Shown here piece by piece: positions 48,926 through 61,385 of a DNA stretch of 64,000 bases (position 1 is its first letter; the number at the start of each line of letters is the position of its first letter). The stretch comes from Okamejei kenojei (lineage: Eukaryota). Both the position numbers and the translations under genes were made by a program. The stretch lies in assembly GCA_035221665.1 (NCBI GenBank), contig CM069160.1:8556001-8620000 (forward strand), written 5' to 3'. The notes beneath the pieces are model-generated. The model searched no databases, was not told the origin of the DNA, and worked only from the letters and a program-made list of their open reading frames with translations.

Positions 48926-50787
48926 CAGGGCTGGCCTCAGGAGGTGCGGGGCCTAATTGGGAACACTTTTGGTGAGCCCCAGGTTCCCAGCCAAGGTCCG
49001 TAGAATCATAGAAATACAAATAAAGTCTTTATAGACTTTATTTCTCTATGGTAGAATGGAAGGTAATCAAAATGTGCGCTTAAAAAGTGCCTGCAAGTTA
49101 ATGGACCAAACAGATCTAAGCTACATTTTAACATAAAATTGCATACATGTAAGCCTACAAGTAACAAACAAAATGTGTAGATCACCTCTGAAAAGTACAT
49201 AGTTACAATACCACTTGTTTTAGTGACTGTGAAATGAAAACAAAAATTAATTAACTAGATCCTGGAAAACCAATAACTATTGGCGAAAAACCAGTCCAGG
49301 CATTACATTTTCGGGCTTCAATCCCATCCTTCCCTTTGGGCTTGTACCCCATCCAAACTTGGTTGTGTGTGTGTGTCAGTTGTGTGTGTGTTAGTTGTCT
49401 GTGCGTGATGTGCGTGCGTTAGTTGTCTGTGCGTTAGGTGTGTGTGTGGGAGGGAAGGAGAGAAGGGAGGAGGGAGAGAAGAGAGGAAGGACAGAAGGGA
49501 CTGAGCGAAGTAGAGAAAGAAGGGAGGGAGGAAAGGAGAGAAAGAAGGGAGGGAGGTGTGAGATACGCTTTGTGCTCACAATCACTGCTCAAAGACCAAA
49601 TCGTGGAAGCAAGATTCTTTTATTTTCGAGTCTGCAGAACCGGGTGCCTCTCCAAGTCGAGACACACCGAAGTCAGAGAAGTCATCCCCCTTTATACACA
49701 TGATTTTACATTCAACCTCCCCTCCGGACCCTTCTCCAATCAGGGTCTGAGGTGCACAATCTGTAGGTACATCCCCCCAGTACCTCCCATATCATACATC
49801 GCATGTCCAGACATGTTCATGGTAATGAGCAGTTTCTTGACCAGGGGTGTGTTGTAATATTCATTTATTCTATTAAGCATGCTCAGTTGCTCATGACCTA
49901 CCCTAGTTTTACTCACCTCCAAGTGAACCCTCTCAGTTCTCCTATATCAGTACTAAAGCTAAGCTATAGTGACAAGGGTCCCATCTATCACTCCATTCTA
50001 CTGATAGGGATCTCTCTACATCACTCCCTTCTACCGCTATACAATGCTATTACTTCTTACTCAAGGATGGGTCTGGTAACTTTTATACACAGCTGTGTCA
50101 GAACCCTCTCCCTGGCCCCTATCAGTTTGAATCCTCTTTAAAGCTCCTTACTATAATGGGGTTTAATCACTTTATCCCTCACAGGAGGGAAGGAGAGAAG
50201 GGAAAAGAGAGAGAGGAAGGATGGAGGGAAGGAGAGAAGGGAGGGAGGGACGGAGAGAAAGGAAAAGAGAGAGAGGAAGGATGGAGGGAAGGAGAGGAGG
50301 GAGGGAGGGAAGAAGGGAAGGGAGGGAGAGAAGGGAAGGAGAGAAGGGAGGGAGAGGTCCGGCGGCGGGAGCGGATGCCGGGGTCCGGGCGGACTGGTGT
50401 GAACTGAGGCCGAGGTTTGTAAACGTTGCTCCAACCTCCAGCCCGGCCCTCCCTGTATTGTTCACCGCGTCTTCCCGGGGCGAGAGAGGGGTGGAGCCGG
50501 GGCTGTGTGCGTGAAGCACAGCGACTGGACGGGCGAGAGCGCTGCCCCGGGACCATGAGGGAATGACCCACCTCCCCCTCTCCTCCTTTTCCATTCCCCC
50601 TCACACCCCCCTCCCCGTCTATCCCTTTCCTCCCCCTCCACCCGTCTACTCTCCCTCCACCCCTCTCTTCCCCCTCCATCCGGGGTAGATCTACCCAAGC
50701 TGAGAGTAGATTACTCTAGCGCGGGGGCCCCTTAGGCGCGGGGCCCAATTGGGAGCAATTGGTCCAATCAGCTTAAGGCCGGCCTTG
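48926..50787. mobile_element. Non-autonomous hAT-type DNA transposon
   Basis: TIRs CAGGGCTGGCCT / AGGCCGGCCTTG, exact 8-bp TSD GTTGACAG (48918-48925, 50788-50795), and subterminal GCGGGGCC(C/T)AATTGGG repeats. Confidence 0.88.
49557..50183 (-). mobile_element. Solo LTR (627 bp) inside the hAT element
   Basis: TGTGAG...CTCACA termini and GGAGG flanking duplication. Minus-strand TATAAAG (~49690-49696) is followed by AATAAA (~49619-49624). Confidence 0.75.
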
Positions 50788-53063
50788 GTTGACAGGATCT
50801 AGATGCCCCTGAAGTTTCAACATTAAGCCTTCCCCCCTTCTTAAGAATGGTCACGATTAGAGCATCCCTGAGTTCTAAGGGAAGTTCTTTTTCAACCACC
50901 ACTGCTGAACGTTTCCTGCTCATGTGCCTGTCCAATTATAGTACAAAATTATTAAATTGACAGTCAAATGTATTGAAACATCAGTGCATTATGAGATCAC
51001 AAGGTCATAAGTGATAGGAGTAGAATTAGGCCATTAAGTCTGTTCTTCCATTCAATCATGGCCGATCTATCTCTCCCTCCTAACCCCATTCTCCTGCCTT
51101 CGCCATATAACCCCTGGCACCTGTACTAATCAAAAATCTATCTATCTCTGTCTTACAAATGTCCACTGATGGCCTCTTCAGCCTTCTGTGGCACAGAATT
51201 CCACAGATTCATCATCCTCTGACTAAATAAATTTCTCCTCAACTCCTTCCTGAAATAAATCCTTTAATTCTAAGGCTATTCTAGTCCTAGGCTCTCCCAC
51301 TAGTGGAAACATCCCCTCCACATCCACTCTATCCAAGCCTTTCACTATTCTGTATATTTTAATGAGGTCCCCCCTCGTTCTTCTAAATGCCAGCGGGTAC
51401 AGGCCCAGTGCCCATGAACAAAAAAAAAAATCTATGTTTGAATATTTTCTGTGTTTTAGTCACAGTCTCCCTCCTCCCAAGCTGCAAGCACTCTGGAGTA
51501 GTGAAATATGAGAAGCTGTTCGTCCAATTAGCATTTAGCCTCATGCTGACAATGGAGGAGACCTTGGACAGAAAGGTCAGTATGGGAATGGGCAGGGGGA
51601 ATTAAAGTGTTTAGCAACCGGGAGATCAGGTAGGTGCAGGCGAACGGAGCAAAGGTGTTCAGCAAAACACTCGCCCAGCCTATGATTGGTCTTGCCGATT
51701 AATAAGAGTCCACATATAGTACAGCACACACACTTCGGCCCACAATGTCCGTGTCGAACATGAGCGCCAAGACCATTTTGTACCTGCCTGTTGCAAGGAC
51801 CCCTCCTTCTTGAAAACTGCAGATGCTGGAATCGTGAGCAAAACACACTGGACTGGAGGAACACAGTTGATCAGGCAGCGTTTTTGGATGGAACTGGACG
51901 CAACGTTTCAGGTCAGGACCCTGATCAGTCTGAAGAGAGGACCAGACCCAAAAAGTCGCCTGTCCATTTACTGCCATTACCAGTATGAAGGCACACATAA
52001 ACTGGGGGAACTGGCACCTCGTATTCTGCTTGGGTAGCTTACAACCTAACAGCATGAACATTGAAGAGAGACATAAACTGCTAAAGTAAGTCACGGGGTC
52101 AGGCAGCATCTCTGGACAAAAGGAATAGGTGAGGTTTCAGGTCGGAACACTTCTTCAGTATGAACGTTGAATTATACAATTTTAGGTATTACTACTTCCT
52201 CTCCCACCCTCACCTTTCTTTTCTGTGCCCCGCATTGGTATCTCACCCCTTTCCACAAGATCCCCTTGCACCCTTATCCCTCCGGTTTCACATTTCACTC
52301 CTCTTCTTTCCTTACCTTACCTGATACACATCTATCTCCTCAAAAACCCCCCTCATCTGCATCCACTTATCACTTGCCAGGCTTTGCCCCGCCTGCACTT
52401 TTTTTCCCACCTTTCTTCCCCCACTCCAATCAGTCTGAAGGGTCCCATTTTAAAATGTTGTCTATCCATTCATTCACAAATGCTGCCTGACTCACTTTGT
52501 TGCCCAAGCATTTTGCGCTCTACTCAAGATTCCTGCAACTACAGTTCCTTGTGTCTCTCTGCACAGATGCTGCCCGTCCCGTTGAGGCCCGTCAACATTT
52601 TGTTTTTGTTTTAAAACCAATGCCTTCCATAGCATTGGTTTCTAGGCTCAAGAGTTAGACTCATATTCGTACAGCATGGAAGCAGGCCGTTTGGCTCAAC
52701 TTGCCGAGATGTCCCATCAATGCTAGTCCCACCTGCCCACATTTGGTCCATATCCCTCGAGACAATTTCCTATCCATGCCTGTCCAAATGTCTTTTAAAT
52801 GTTGTTATAGTACCTGCCTCGATTACCTCCTTTGACAACACGTCTCAAAAACCCACCAATCTCTGTGTGAACAGGTTGACCTCACGTCCCTTTTAAATCT
52901 GCCCCCTCTCACTTTAAACCCATGTCCTCTGGTTCTTGATTCCCCTTCCCTTGTTAAAAGACTGTGCACTCACCCGATCTATCCGCTGAGTTCGCCTGAG
53001 CATTGGAAAGGAGCCAGTTGAAACAGCAAAGGTTAATCCTATTCTTGGCGAGGAAATCTGAGG

Positions 53064-53595
53064 TCTAATCTGAGGAAAGACATTCTTGCCATAGAGGGGG
53101 TACAGAGAAGGTTCACCAGACTGATTCCTGGGATGGCACGACTTTCATATGAAGAAAGACTGGATAGACTCGGCTTGTACTCGCTGGAATTTAGAAGATT
53201 GAGGGGGGATCTCGTAGAGACTTACAAAATTCTTAAGGGGTTGGACAGGCTAGATGCAGGAAGATTGTTCCCGATGTTGGGGAAGTCCAGGACAAGGGGT
53301 CACAGTTTAAGGATAAGGGGGAAGTCTTTTAGGACCGAGATGAGAAAATCGTTTTTCACACAGAGAGTGGTGAATCTGTGGAATTCTCTGCCACAGAAGG
53401 TAGTTGAGGCCAGTTCATTGGCTATATTTAGGAGGGAGTTGGATGTGGCCCTTGTGGCTGAAGGGATCAGGGGGTATGGAGAGAAGGCAGGTACAGGATA
53501 CCGAGTTGGATGATCAGCCATGATCATATTGAATGGCGGTGCAGGCTCGAAGGGCCGAATGGCCTGCTCCTGCGCCTAATTTCTATGTTTCTATG
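53064..53595 (+). mobile_element. CR1 family B-like 3' fragment
   Basis: ORF 53133-53513 and TTTCTATG tail. Confidence 0.92.
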
Positions 53596-54063
53596 AAATA
53601 CTGGATTCATGGGCGTAGGTATAAGATCACGTGGCCTGGTGCCTGCATCAGTAATTCCGGGAAGCCGTCAGCATTTACAGTTCTGAATTGTGAAACTGAG
53701 AACTATTACCAGAGGGCATCAACTTGTTTTCTGCGCTTTTCGCTGCAACTGCCACGCTTTAACACTGCACTCTGGTATTTTTCCCATTGCATTAACTGTT
53801 GTACGGCTGGATTGTACCCATGTAGAATATGATTTCCATGGAGAGCAGCTACATTTTTCACCGCGTCTCGCTACACGTGACAACAACAAGCTAATACCAT
53901 CACAAGCCAGTATAACAGCAAGTCTGAAGAATAAGAGTCGATAGTGTTTTATTGCTATTTGTCCCAGATAGAATAATGAAATTCGTACTTGCAGCAGCAC
54001 AACAGAATATGTAAACATGAACACTGCAAACAATATAATAACGAGATAAAAGTTCAGTGTGTG

Positions 54064-54206
54064 NNNNNNNNNNNNNNNNNNNNNNNNNNNNNNNNNNNNN
54101 NNNNNNNNNNNNNNNNNNNNNNNNNNNNNNNNNNNNNNNNNNNNNNNNNNNNNNNNNNNNNNNNNNNNNNNNNNNNNNNNNNNNNNNNNNNNNNNNNNNN
54201 NNNNNN
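54064..54206. other. Assembly gap (143 N)
   Basis: Run of N. Confidence 1.
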
Positions 54207-55659
54207 ATTCATTTTCCCCCCACAGGTGCTGCCTGACCCGCTGAGTTACTCCAGCACTTTGTGTTTCAATCAAGATTCCCGATTCTGCAGTTCCTTTCGC
54301 ACCCAACGCCAGCAGGTGCGCCTCTGGTCTGATCCTAACACCCAGCTTTGTATCTAAAAACTAATGCAAAAGGCTGTGTTCCAAATAAGCTTTTTTTTTA
54401 AACATTCCCCTGGACGATTTGAGCAATTGCAAATGGAAATGAGGTGTAAGTGAGTTTTTAACATCGTAATTACAATTGGGGTGCGGCTGAAACAGTTGCT
54501 GCCTCACGGTGTTAGAGACCCGGGTTCGACCCCGACCTCGGGTGCTGTCTGACCGGCGCTTGTACCTCCTCCGTCACCTCACGGTGATCAATGATCATAG
54601 AAGGTCATAGAACGAAAGATCACACTCTTGCTCTGGTATTTTTGGTGGCGATAGTCGTTTTTCCGGCTGCTCAGGTTTCTTCCTATACATTCCAAAGACG
54701 TGCAGCATTTTCTAGGTTAATTGACTTCTGCGTCTTGTCTTTGGTTTGTAGGAGAGATTCGTGTATGGGAGATTGCAGGCCGGTGATGAATCGGTAGGCC
54801 GAAGGGCCTATTTCCAAGCTGCATCTCTAAACTAAACTAATTCTGGATTTGAGCGGAAATCCAACCCCCTCGGAATAATTATTTCAAATTCACATGATTT
54901 ATAAAATTACGGCAATTGATGTTGGTGGTCTTGAGCAAAACACAAAATGCTGCATAAACTCAGTGCGGTTGGCAGCATCTGTGGAGAGAATAGCCAAGCG
55001 ACTTAATAAGAGTTCAGAGGTTTTTTTTTTATTGTCATATGTCCCGATATGGAAGAGTTACATTTTTAGCGGTCTGAGGAAGGGTCCCGACTAGAAACGA
55101 CCACCATTTCTCTCCACAAATTCCAGCATTCGCACTTCCTTGTACAAATGCTGAGTTCCTCCAGTACATTGTTTTGTTCATCGTGCCTTATGACAATCCT
55201 CTTTGTCATAGTTCGGCCTGGAACTCCTTCAAGTAACCCTTGCCTCCCAGCTCTCTTCATCTCCCACCCCCCCCCTCCCTCCCTCCACTTTCCCAGTTAT
55301 CCGACGAGTCTGACTGTTCTCTTTTACATGTTTATCTCTGTTGCCTTCTCCGAGCTAACAATTATCTATTCTACAGTTTCCTTGAACTTCATCCCCATTG
55401 TCTCGTTTTCACGCCTTACACTTCCTTTTCTCTGTATCTCCCTTTCCCCTGACTCAGTCTGAGGAGGGGTCTCGACCCGAAACCTATCCTGAGATGCTGC
55501 CTGATCCCGCTGAGTTAATCCAGCCTTTTGTGTCTCTCTTCGATTTAAACCAGCAGCCACTCGAATACAATGGTGAGGTAGATTTGTCAGTAGATTTTGT
55601 CGGTAGGCTGATCAGCAACCAGTCTGCATGCTGCCCCGCCCTGTGGTGGGGGGGACAGC

Positions 55660-55860
55660 TAGTCGGGGGAAATCCCAAGTATCAGAGTCCATTCGCTCGA
55701 ACATTGCCCGGGCAGATCTTGCTTCAAACACGCCCCGCTCGCTTGCCGGATCGCAAACTCTACAGAGCTCTTTCGCCCGGAGACTGGTGACAAGCCGTGG
55801 TGATTTTTTTGCGATTGGCTTTGTTGGGTCCGATGGGCGGGACGCCTCGGTGCTATTGGT
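55660..55860 (+). promoter_or_regulatory. B2M: B2M CpG-island promoter with kB site and S-X1-X2-Y module
   Basis: GGGAAATCCC at 55667-55676. X1/X2-like CCCGGAGACTGGTGACAA from 55776. Y box GATTGG with ATTGG at 55814, 38 nt from the X1 start. GC box at ~55835. Confidence 0.72.
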
Positions 55861-55977
55861 GCCGGGACGCCGGACTGTTGCACTCATTTGGAAGCGGAGA
55901 CAGACGGAGACAGGGTATCGGTGTATGCACCTTCGGCATTCCGGCATCTGCGCGTCTTAAACATATCGATCGGCGAG

Positions 55978-56023
55978 ATGCGCGCTTTCATCCTGCTCGC
56001 GTTGGCGATGCTCTGCGTGGCGA
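55978..56023 (+). CDS. B2M: Beta-2-microglobulin exon 1 (signal peptide MRAFILLALAMLCVA)
   Basis: ATG in the CpG island, hydrophobic leader, and a phase-1 GTAAGT donor at 56024 matching the phase of exon 2. Confidence 0.85.
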
Positions 56024-56112
56024 GTAAGTAGACTTTTTTTGTTGCTTTGGCGAAGTGTAGAATTACAGCGGGGTCCATTCGGCTCCTTGCCCCGCCGCCG
56101 TGCTCGCCCGCT

Positions 56113-56123
56113 GAAAGTGAAAG
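56113..56123 (+). promoter_or_regulatory. ISRE/IRF element in B2M intron 1
   Basis: GAAAGTGAAAG matches GAAANNGAAA, ~90 nt after the exon 1 donor. Confidence 0.6.
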
Positions 56124-59100
56124 GGCTTATTTTCCAGGATCCCATCCCAAATGGCCCAGGTCCCATCTCTCTCTCCCTGAAACCTATTTACCGCATGTCT
56201 GCTCTCTCGAAACGATCATTTGCTCGAAAACGCCTTGCCCCGTCTCTCTCTGAAAGTCCTGCCACCTGTCCTAATACTTCGTGTCGGTCAAAAAACAAAA
56301 TCCTCACACTGACCCTTGTGTCCCATATCCTCCCCTCAAAACCCTTGAATCCCATATCATCCGCCCTAAAAAACCCTAGAGCTTTATATTCCCCCCCCCC
56401 CCTCCGAAAACGTTCGAAGTCCATATCCCCCCCCCCCCCCCCTGTAACCGGCAACTGTCCTCTTTTACATGTTTATCTCTGTTGCCTTCTCCGAGCTAAC
56501 AATTATCTATTCTACAGTTTCCTTGAACTTCATCCCCATTGTCTCGTTTTCACGCCTTACACTTCCTTATCTCATCAAAAGGCCCCTCGCTATTACCCCA
56601 TTCCTTCTCTCAAAATAACCTTCCCTAATGCCCGAAGATAGACACAAAATGCTGTAATAACGCGGCGGGTCAGGCAGCATCTCTAGAGAAGAATGGGTGC
56701 CGTTTCCGGTCGAGACCCTTCTTCATTCGACCTCAGACCTCGCTCTCGCTTCCCTAGTGCCCCATTCCCTCAAAACGAATGCCCCAAACCCTAAAAAGAA
56801 AGCCCTTCCCACTAATACCCCTTCCCCTCGTTTGGAGTGCTCTCACAATTACCCCATATCCTCTCTCAAAAAGAGCCCTCCCCTCCCCCTTGTGCCCCAT
56901 ATCCTTCCTCAGAAAGAGCCTTCGCTAATACCCCACTCCCTTTCCCAAAAGAGCCCTCCTTGTTAACCCTAATTCCCTTTATCCCCTCTCAAAAAGAGCC
57001 ATCTCTAATGCCCCATGCTCTCTCCACATTAACCCAGATACCGCATACCTTTGACTCAAAAGAACCCCCTTCAAAGTTCCATATCCTCCATCTCAGAAAG
57101 AACCCTCCCCGTTTACCCGAATACTCCATAGCTTGTCGCACCATAATAACGATCCTCATTAACCCCTACTCTTTATGTCCCTTCTATTGGAATGAGACCG
57201 CTCCCCAGCCCTTTTAACCTTGATGTCCAGTGTGTGTGCTCTCTTTTGCTTGGGAAGAAGTCCCATAAAATGTACTGCGTGAAGTCGCGTCCACTCTTAG
57301 AATGAGCCCTTCCTCTGGCCTCTTGTTCCCATGTCTCTTCTCCCCTCCCCCATTTTGAGACATTGCTGAAAAGCTTTTCCCATTACCCCGAATTCTCTCC
57401 TCAAAGAGCAGCCCATAAACCCCAACACTGTGTGCCCCCTCCCTCATTCTCTCTCTCTTCAATGGACCCCCACTCCTCACGGGATTGGATAGCATTCCCG
57501 AGGCTGGAGGGATATGTGGAGAAAATGTGAACGGGGACTGAATTTGGATGATCGACTTTGATCGTGTGGTGAAAGAACATGTTCAAAGGGCTGAATGGCC
57601 TCTTGCTCCTATTTATTGTGTTCATTTAATTACCTCAGTGATCCTCTGCCCCCTCTTTCTCTGCAAGTACCTCCTCCCCATTACCATAATGTGTGATGTC
57701 ATATCTTGGGAAAGAACCCTTCCCCCAACCCCTTCAACTCTGATGCCTGATGTGCACGTGATATTCACTCTCAGAAAGAACCCTCCCACTCTGTAATACC
57801 TCTCCATCCCTTCTCTCTGCAAGAGGCACCTGTTAAAACTCTGGGCCCCCTCTTTTCCAAAGAACCACTCTCCTTTTAATCCCTCTCCTCTTTAAGTACT
57901 CCCCGTTCCCCCTACGCCCCCTTTCCCTTGGAACAAGACCCCAACCCAACCCTATTGTCCACAAATGCCCCTGCGCCCTCCCTCCCTCTCTTTTTGCAAA
58001 GAGAGTCCCTCCCCTCTCTCCGAAAGAGCAACACCCCATTAGTTCCACGTTCATTCTTTAAAAGAAAGAGCCTTCAATTAACGCTCCTTGAACACGCTTC
58101 TCTCCAGGTCGGCCCCCGTGAACAGGATACATTTGTGAAATGTAGCTGAGTTGGATTTTTAGATCTGTGCGTTTTGGAACCGACAGGGTGAACTGATTGG
58201 TTTGGATCCAAAACACTAAAAGTTTGGAATCACTCAGCGGGTCAGGTAGCATTTGTGGAGGGAATGATTGGGCGCCATTTTGTGTTGAGCTTCTTCAGTC
58301 TGAGCAGTCCTTGTGTCTCTGCTTTACCACAGGAAACTAGAAAGGGTTAATTAACAACCATGTCGTTAAGAATCTCAGATGAGATCACGGTGGCACAGCG
58401 GTAGAGTTGATGCCTAACAGCGAATGTAGCCCTGGTTCGACCCCAACTACTGATGCTGTCTGACCTGTGTGGGTTTTCTCAGAGATCTTTGGTTTCCTCC
58501 CACACTCCATAGACATAGGCTTGTCGCTTAATTGGCTTGACAAAAAAAAAATTGTTCCTTGGGGCGTGTAAGATAAACGTTAATGTGCGGGGATAGCTGG
58601 TCGGCACGGAAACAGTGGGCCGAAGGGCCTGTTTCTGCATTATATTTCTTAACTAAACTAAATCACATGATAGAGCCCTGTTAGATTTTAGTGTCATTCA
58701 AACTGAAACCAGGGTTTTCAATGGAAATACACTAAGGAGCAAATTTGTTGGGGTTAATTGGGAAAATCTATTAAACGATATAAACATGGTTTATCATTTA
58801 TTGCTTTAAACATTTTAAAGCAATAAAATGTCACATTGCAACAGATTATATTCCTTTAAGACACAAGGACTTAATGGGAAAAGTAATCCAAACAAAGGCT
58901 ACAGGAGCAATAGTTTTACATTTAAAAGCTGACAAAAAGTTGTCAGAAAAAACACCATTGAGCTTGAGGATTGAAAATTCAACTGAAGAGAATAAAAAAA
59001 TTAATGAAGAAAGATGATTGAGGTTTCAAGTGGTAGGGTATTTGTCCATTTGTGGGACTTTCTGAGTTGCTCTATAATCAGATTTTATTGTCCCTCACTG

Positions 59101-59901
59101 GGAAAGGTGCTGGCGAGCTTCCATGGTGTTGGGCGTACTTTGGGGTGTTGTACCGTGAGAAGTTTGAGCTGGTTGGTCAGGAGAGTGGAGGTACAAGAGA
59201 GTAGAGAGGGGCACAGTGGCACAGCGGTGGAGTTGCTGTCCTACAATGCCAGAGACCCGGGTTCGATCCTGACTATGGGTGCTGCCTGCACAGTTGTTTT
59301 ACATTCACCCTAAAACCGTGTGGATTATATCCGGGAGCTCCGGTTCCCTCCCACACTCCAAAGACGCACATGTTTATAGGTTTATTGGCTTATGTAAATT
59401 GTCCCTAGTGTGCCGGATAAAACTAGTGTCCAGGTGATTGCTGTTCAGCATGGACTCAGTGAACCGAAGGGCCTGTTTCCATGCTGTAACTCTACACAAA
59501 ATTAAACTAAGATGAAGTGTCTCAACCAGAAGCGTTGACTGTCCACTTCCCTTCCACTAATCCCCTCTACCTGCCCATGATCCATATCCCTCCATTCCCT
59601 GCATATCAATGTGCCTATCTGAAAGTCTCTTAAACATTACTACTGTACCTGCCTCCACCACCACCACCTCTGGCAGAGAGTTACCCATCACTCTCTGTGT
59701 AAAAAAAAACTTGCCTCGCCCATGTTCTTTAAAATTTGCACCTCTCACCTTTAAAACTTTGCCCTCTAGTCTTTGACTTTTCCACACTGGGGAAGAGCAG
59801 TAGTGAGTATGTTTTTGACGGGATTCTCAATCAGTGCAGGAGACCGTTGTTTGTGCCAGATTCTAATACGTCCTCATTGTGGTTCTCCTGTACATCCGCA
59901 G

Positions 59902-60180
59902 ATCCAAGTCCGCCACAGGTCCACGTGTACACCTTCAAGCCCTTGGAGAAAGGTGAGGAGAACACTCTCCTCTGCCATGCTAAGGAATTCAGCCCACCCA
60001 ACATCAAGCTGGAACTGTTTGAGGGCAACAAAGTTTTCGATGGGGCAAACCAAACTGATCTCAGCTTTGAGTCAAACTGGAAATTCAAATTGACCAAGTT
60101 CATCAAAATAACTCCCAAGAAAGATGCGGAGTATTCCTGCCACGTGGTGCACATGGGTAAAACCAATATTTACAAACTGG
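59902..60180 (+). CDS. B2M: Beta-2-microglobulin exon 2 (C1-set Ig domain)
   Basis: ccgcag|AT...G|gtgagt, 279 nt, phase 1/1. Encodes PPQVHVYT...NTLLCHAKEFSPPNIKLEL...DLSFESNWKFKLT...YSCHVVH. Confidence 0.97.
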
Positions 60181-61270
60181 GTGAGTAAAGCATCCATTGG
60201 TCACGAATCGTACACAGTAAAGCTTTAATCCTGCACACTTGGCACTTTGGTGGCGCAGGACTAGGAGATATTAGAAGTTATTCCCGACTAAATCACCAAA
60301 AAAATGTAATTCACTCTTTGATTTGGACGTTACATGGTATGATATACTTTCCAGTGAAGCCAGTAAGTTCAATTACATAGATTTGAGGTGAGGTCTGGGA
60401 ATCAAGAACACATGCATGAGAATGCATCTAATTTCACTTGAGGTTGCTGAACCATTGAACCACATGAACACACACAGCTTCATGCACTCTTTATCCCATT
60501 GTAGTACCAGGCCCTTCAGCCCTAAACACAATTTCCTCAGCAACTGAATCATCCTACCACAACCAGAGAGCAGTGCTAAAATACTGTATACCTCATCCAT
60601 GACTGACAGATTATCCTCGACCGGACTTTGCTGTGTTTACCTTGCACTAAATGTTATTCCCTTATCATGCATCAATACACTGAAAGTGGCTCGATTGTAA
60701 TCGTGTTTTGTCTTTATGCTTACTGGTTAGCATGCAACAAAAGCTTTTCACTGTACCTCGGTAGACATGACAATAAACTAAACTGAAACTCTCCAACTGG
60801 ACACCTAATATAAATGCTTAGTTAAATTCTACCTTTGAACATTACCAAGCATCCATTATTATATAAATCACCTGAATGTCTGGGTGAGATTCCTGCCTGA
60901 TCCTCATTTCCAGGTATCAATTTTCTGTGGATGAATTTCCAAAAACTTGAAAAGGTTAAATGTGGGTCTGTCTTTTGGTATAACATCATACTCACGCCAT
61001 TTTCAGTTCTGCACTAAACATGACTCTATGGTTCTAAACCCAGATTGAATCATAGTTAGGATGGAAGTTCAGATAAAGAAAACAAAATCAGGAAGCTAAT
61101 GAAGGCAAGTTATTTTGGACAAAGGTAATGACAGACACAAAAACCTGGATTAACTCAGCGGGTCAGGTAGCATCTCCGGAGAAGAAGGAACAGGTGATAT
61201 TACGGGTTGAGACCCTTCTTCAGACTTGGTCACAGACTAATGATGTTTTTGTTCTCTCTTTCACTTACAG

Positions 61271-61281
61271 ATTCCTTCTAG
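61271..61281 (+). CDS. B2M: Beta-2-microglobulin exon 3 coding part (D-S-F-stop; exon ends 61296)
   Basis: Polypyrimidine tract + cag| ATTCCTTCTAG and donor CAG|GTACGC at 61297. Total CDS is 46+279+11=336 nt (111 aa). Confidence 0.88.
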
Positions 61282-61385
61282 ACTGCTGCACCACAGGTAC
61301 GCAAACTGACATGTCATATGGCTACTGATTAGAATATTCCAACCTCACATTCAGACTTCTCACTCTTATTTCTTTGTTTTTGCAG

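Larger units (their letters stand above)
46862..50890 (-). mobile_element. RTE-clade LINE relic, interrupted by CR1-B and a hAT MITE
   Basis: RDALIVTILKKG..NFRGI (50800-50890), FTVETGVKQ, GLALNIKKT, QLRWTGHVIRM..RLPKQ, GGPMKRFKD. (GAT)n 3' tail at ~46862-46877. Confidence 0.88.

Noticed and set aside
49395-50698. E/G/R- and P/S/L-rich ORFs
   Set aside because: Translations of GA-rich low-complexity sequence inside the hAT element.
53719-54357. ORFs spanning the N run
   Set aside because: Artefacts of the assembly gap.
59736-59901. 5' part of the 150-aa ORF containing B2M exon 2
   Set aside because: Intronic read-through upstream of the acceptor at 59901, partly a CR1 relic.
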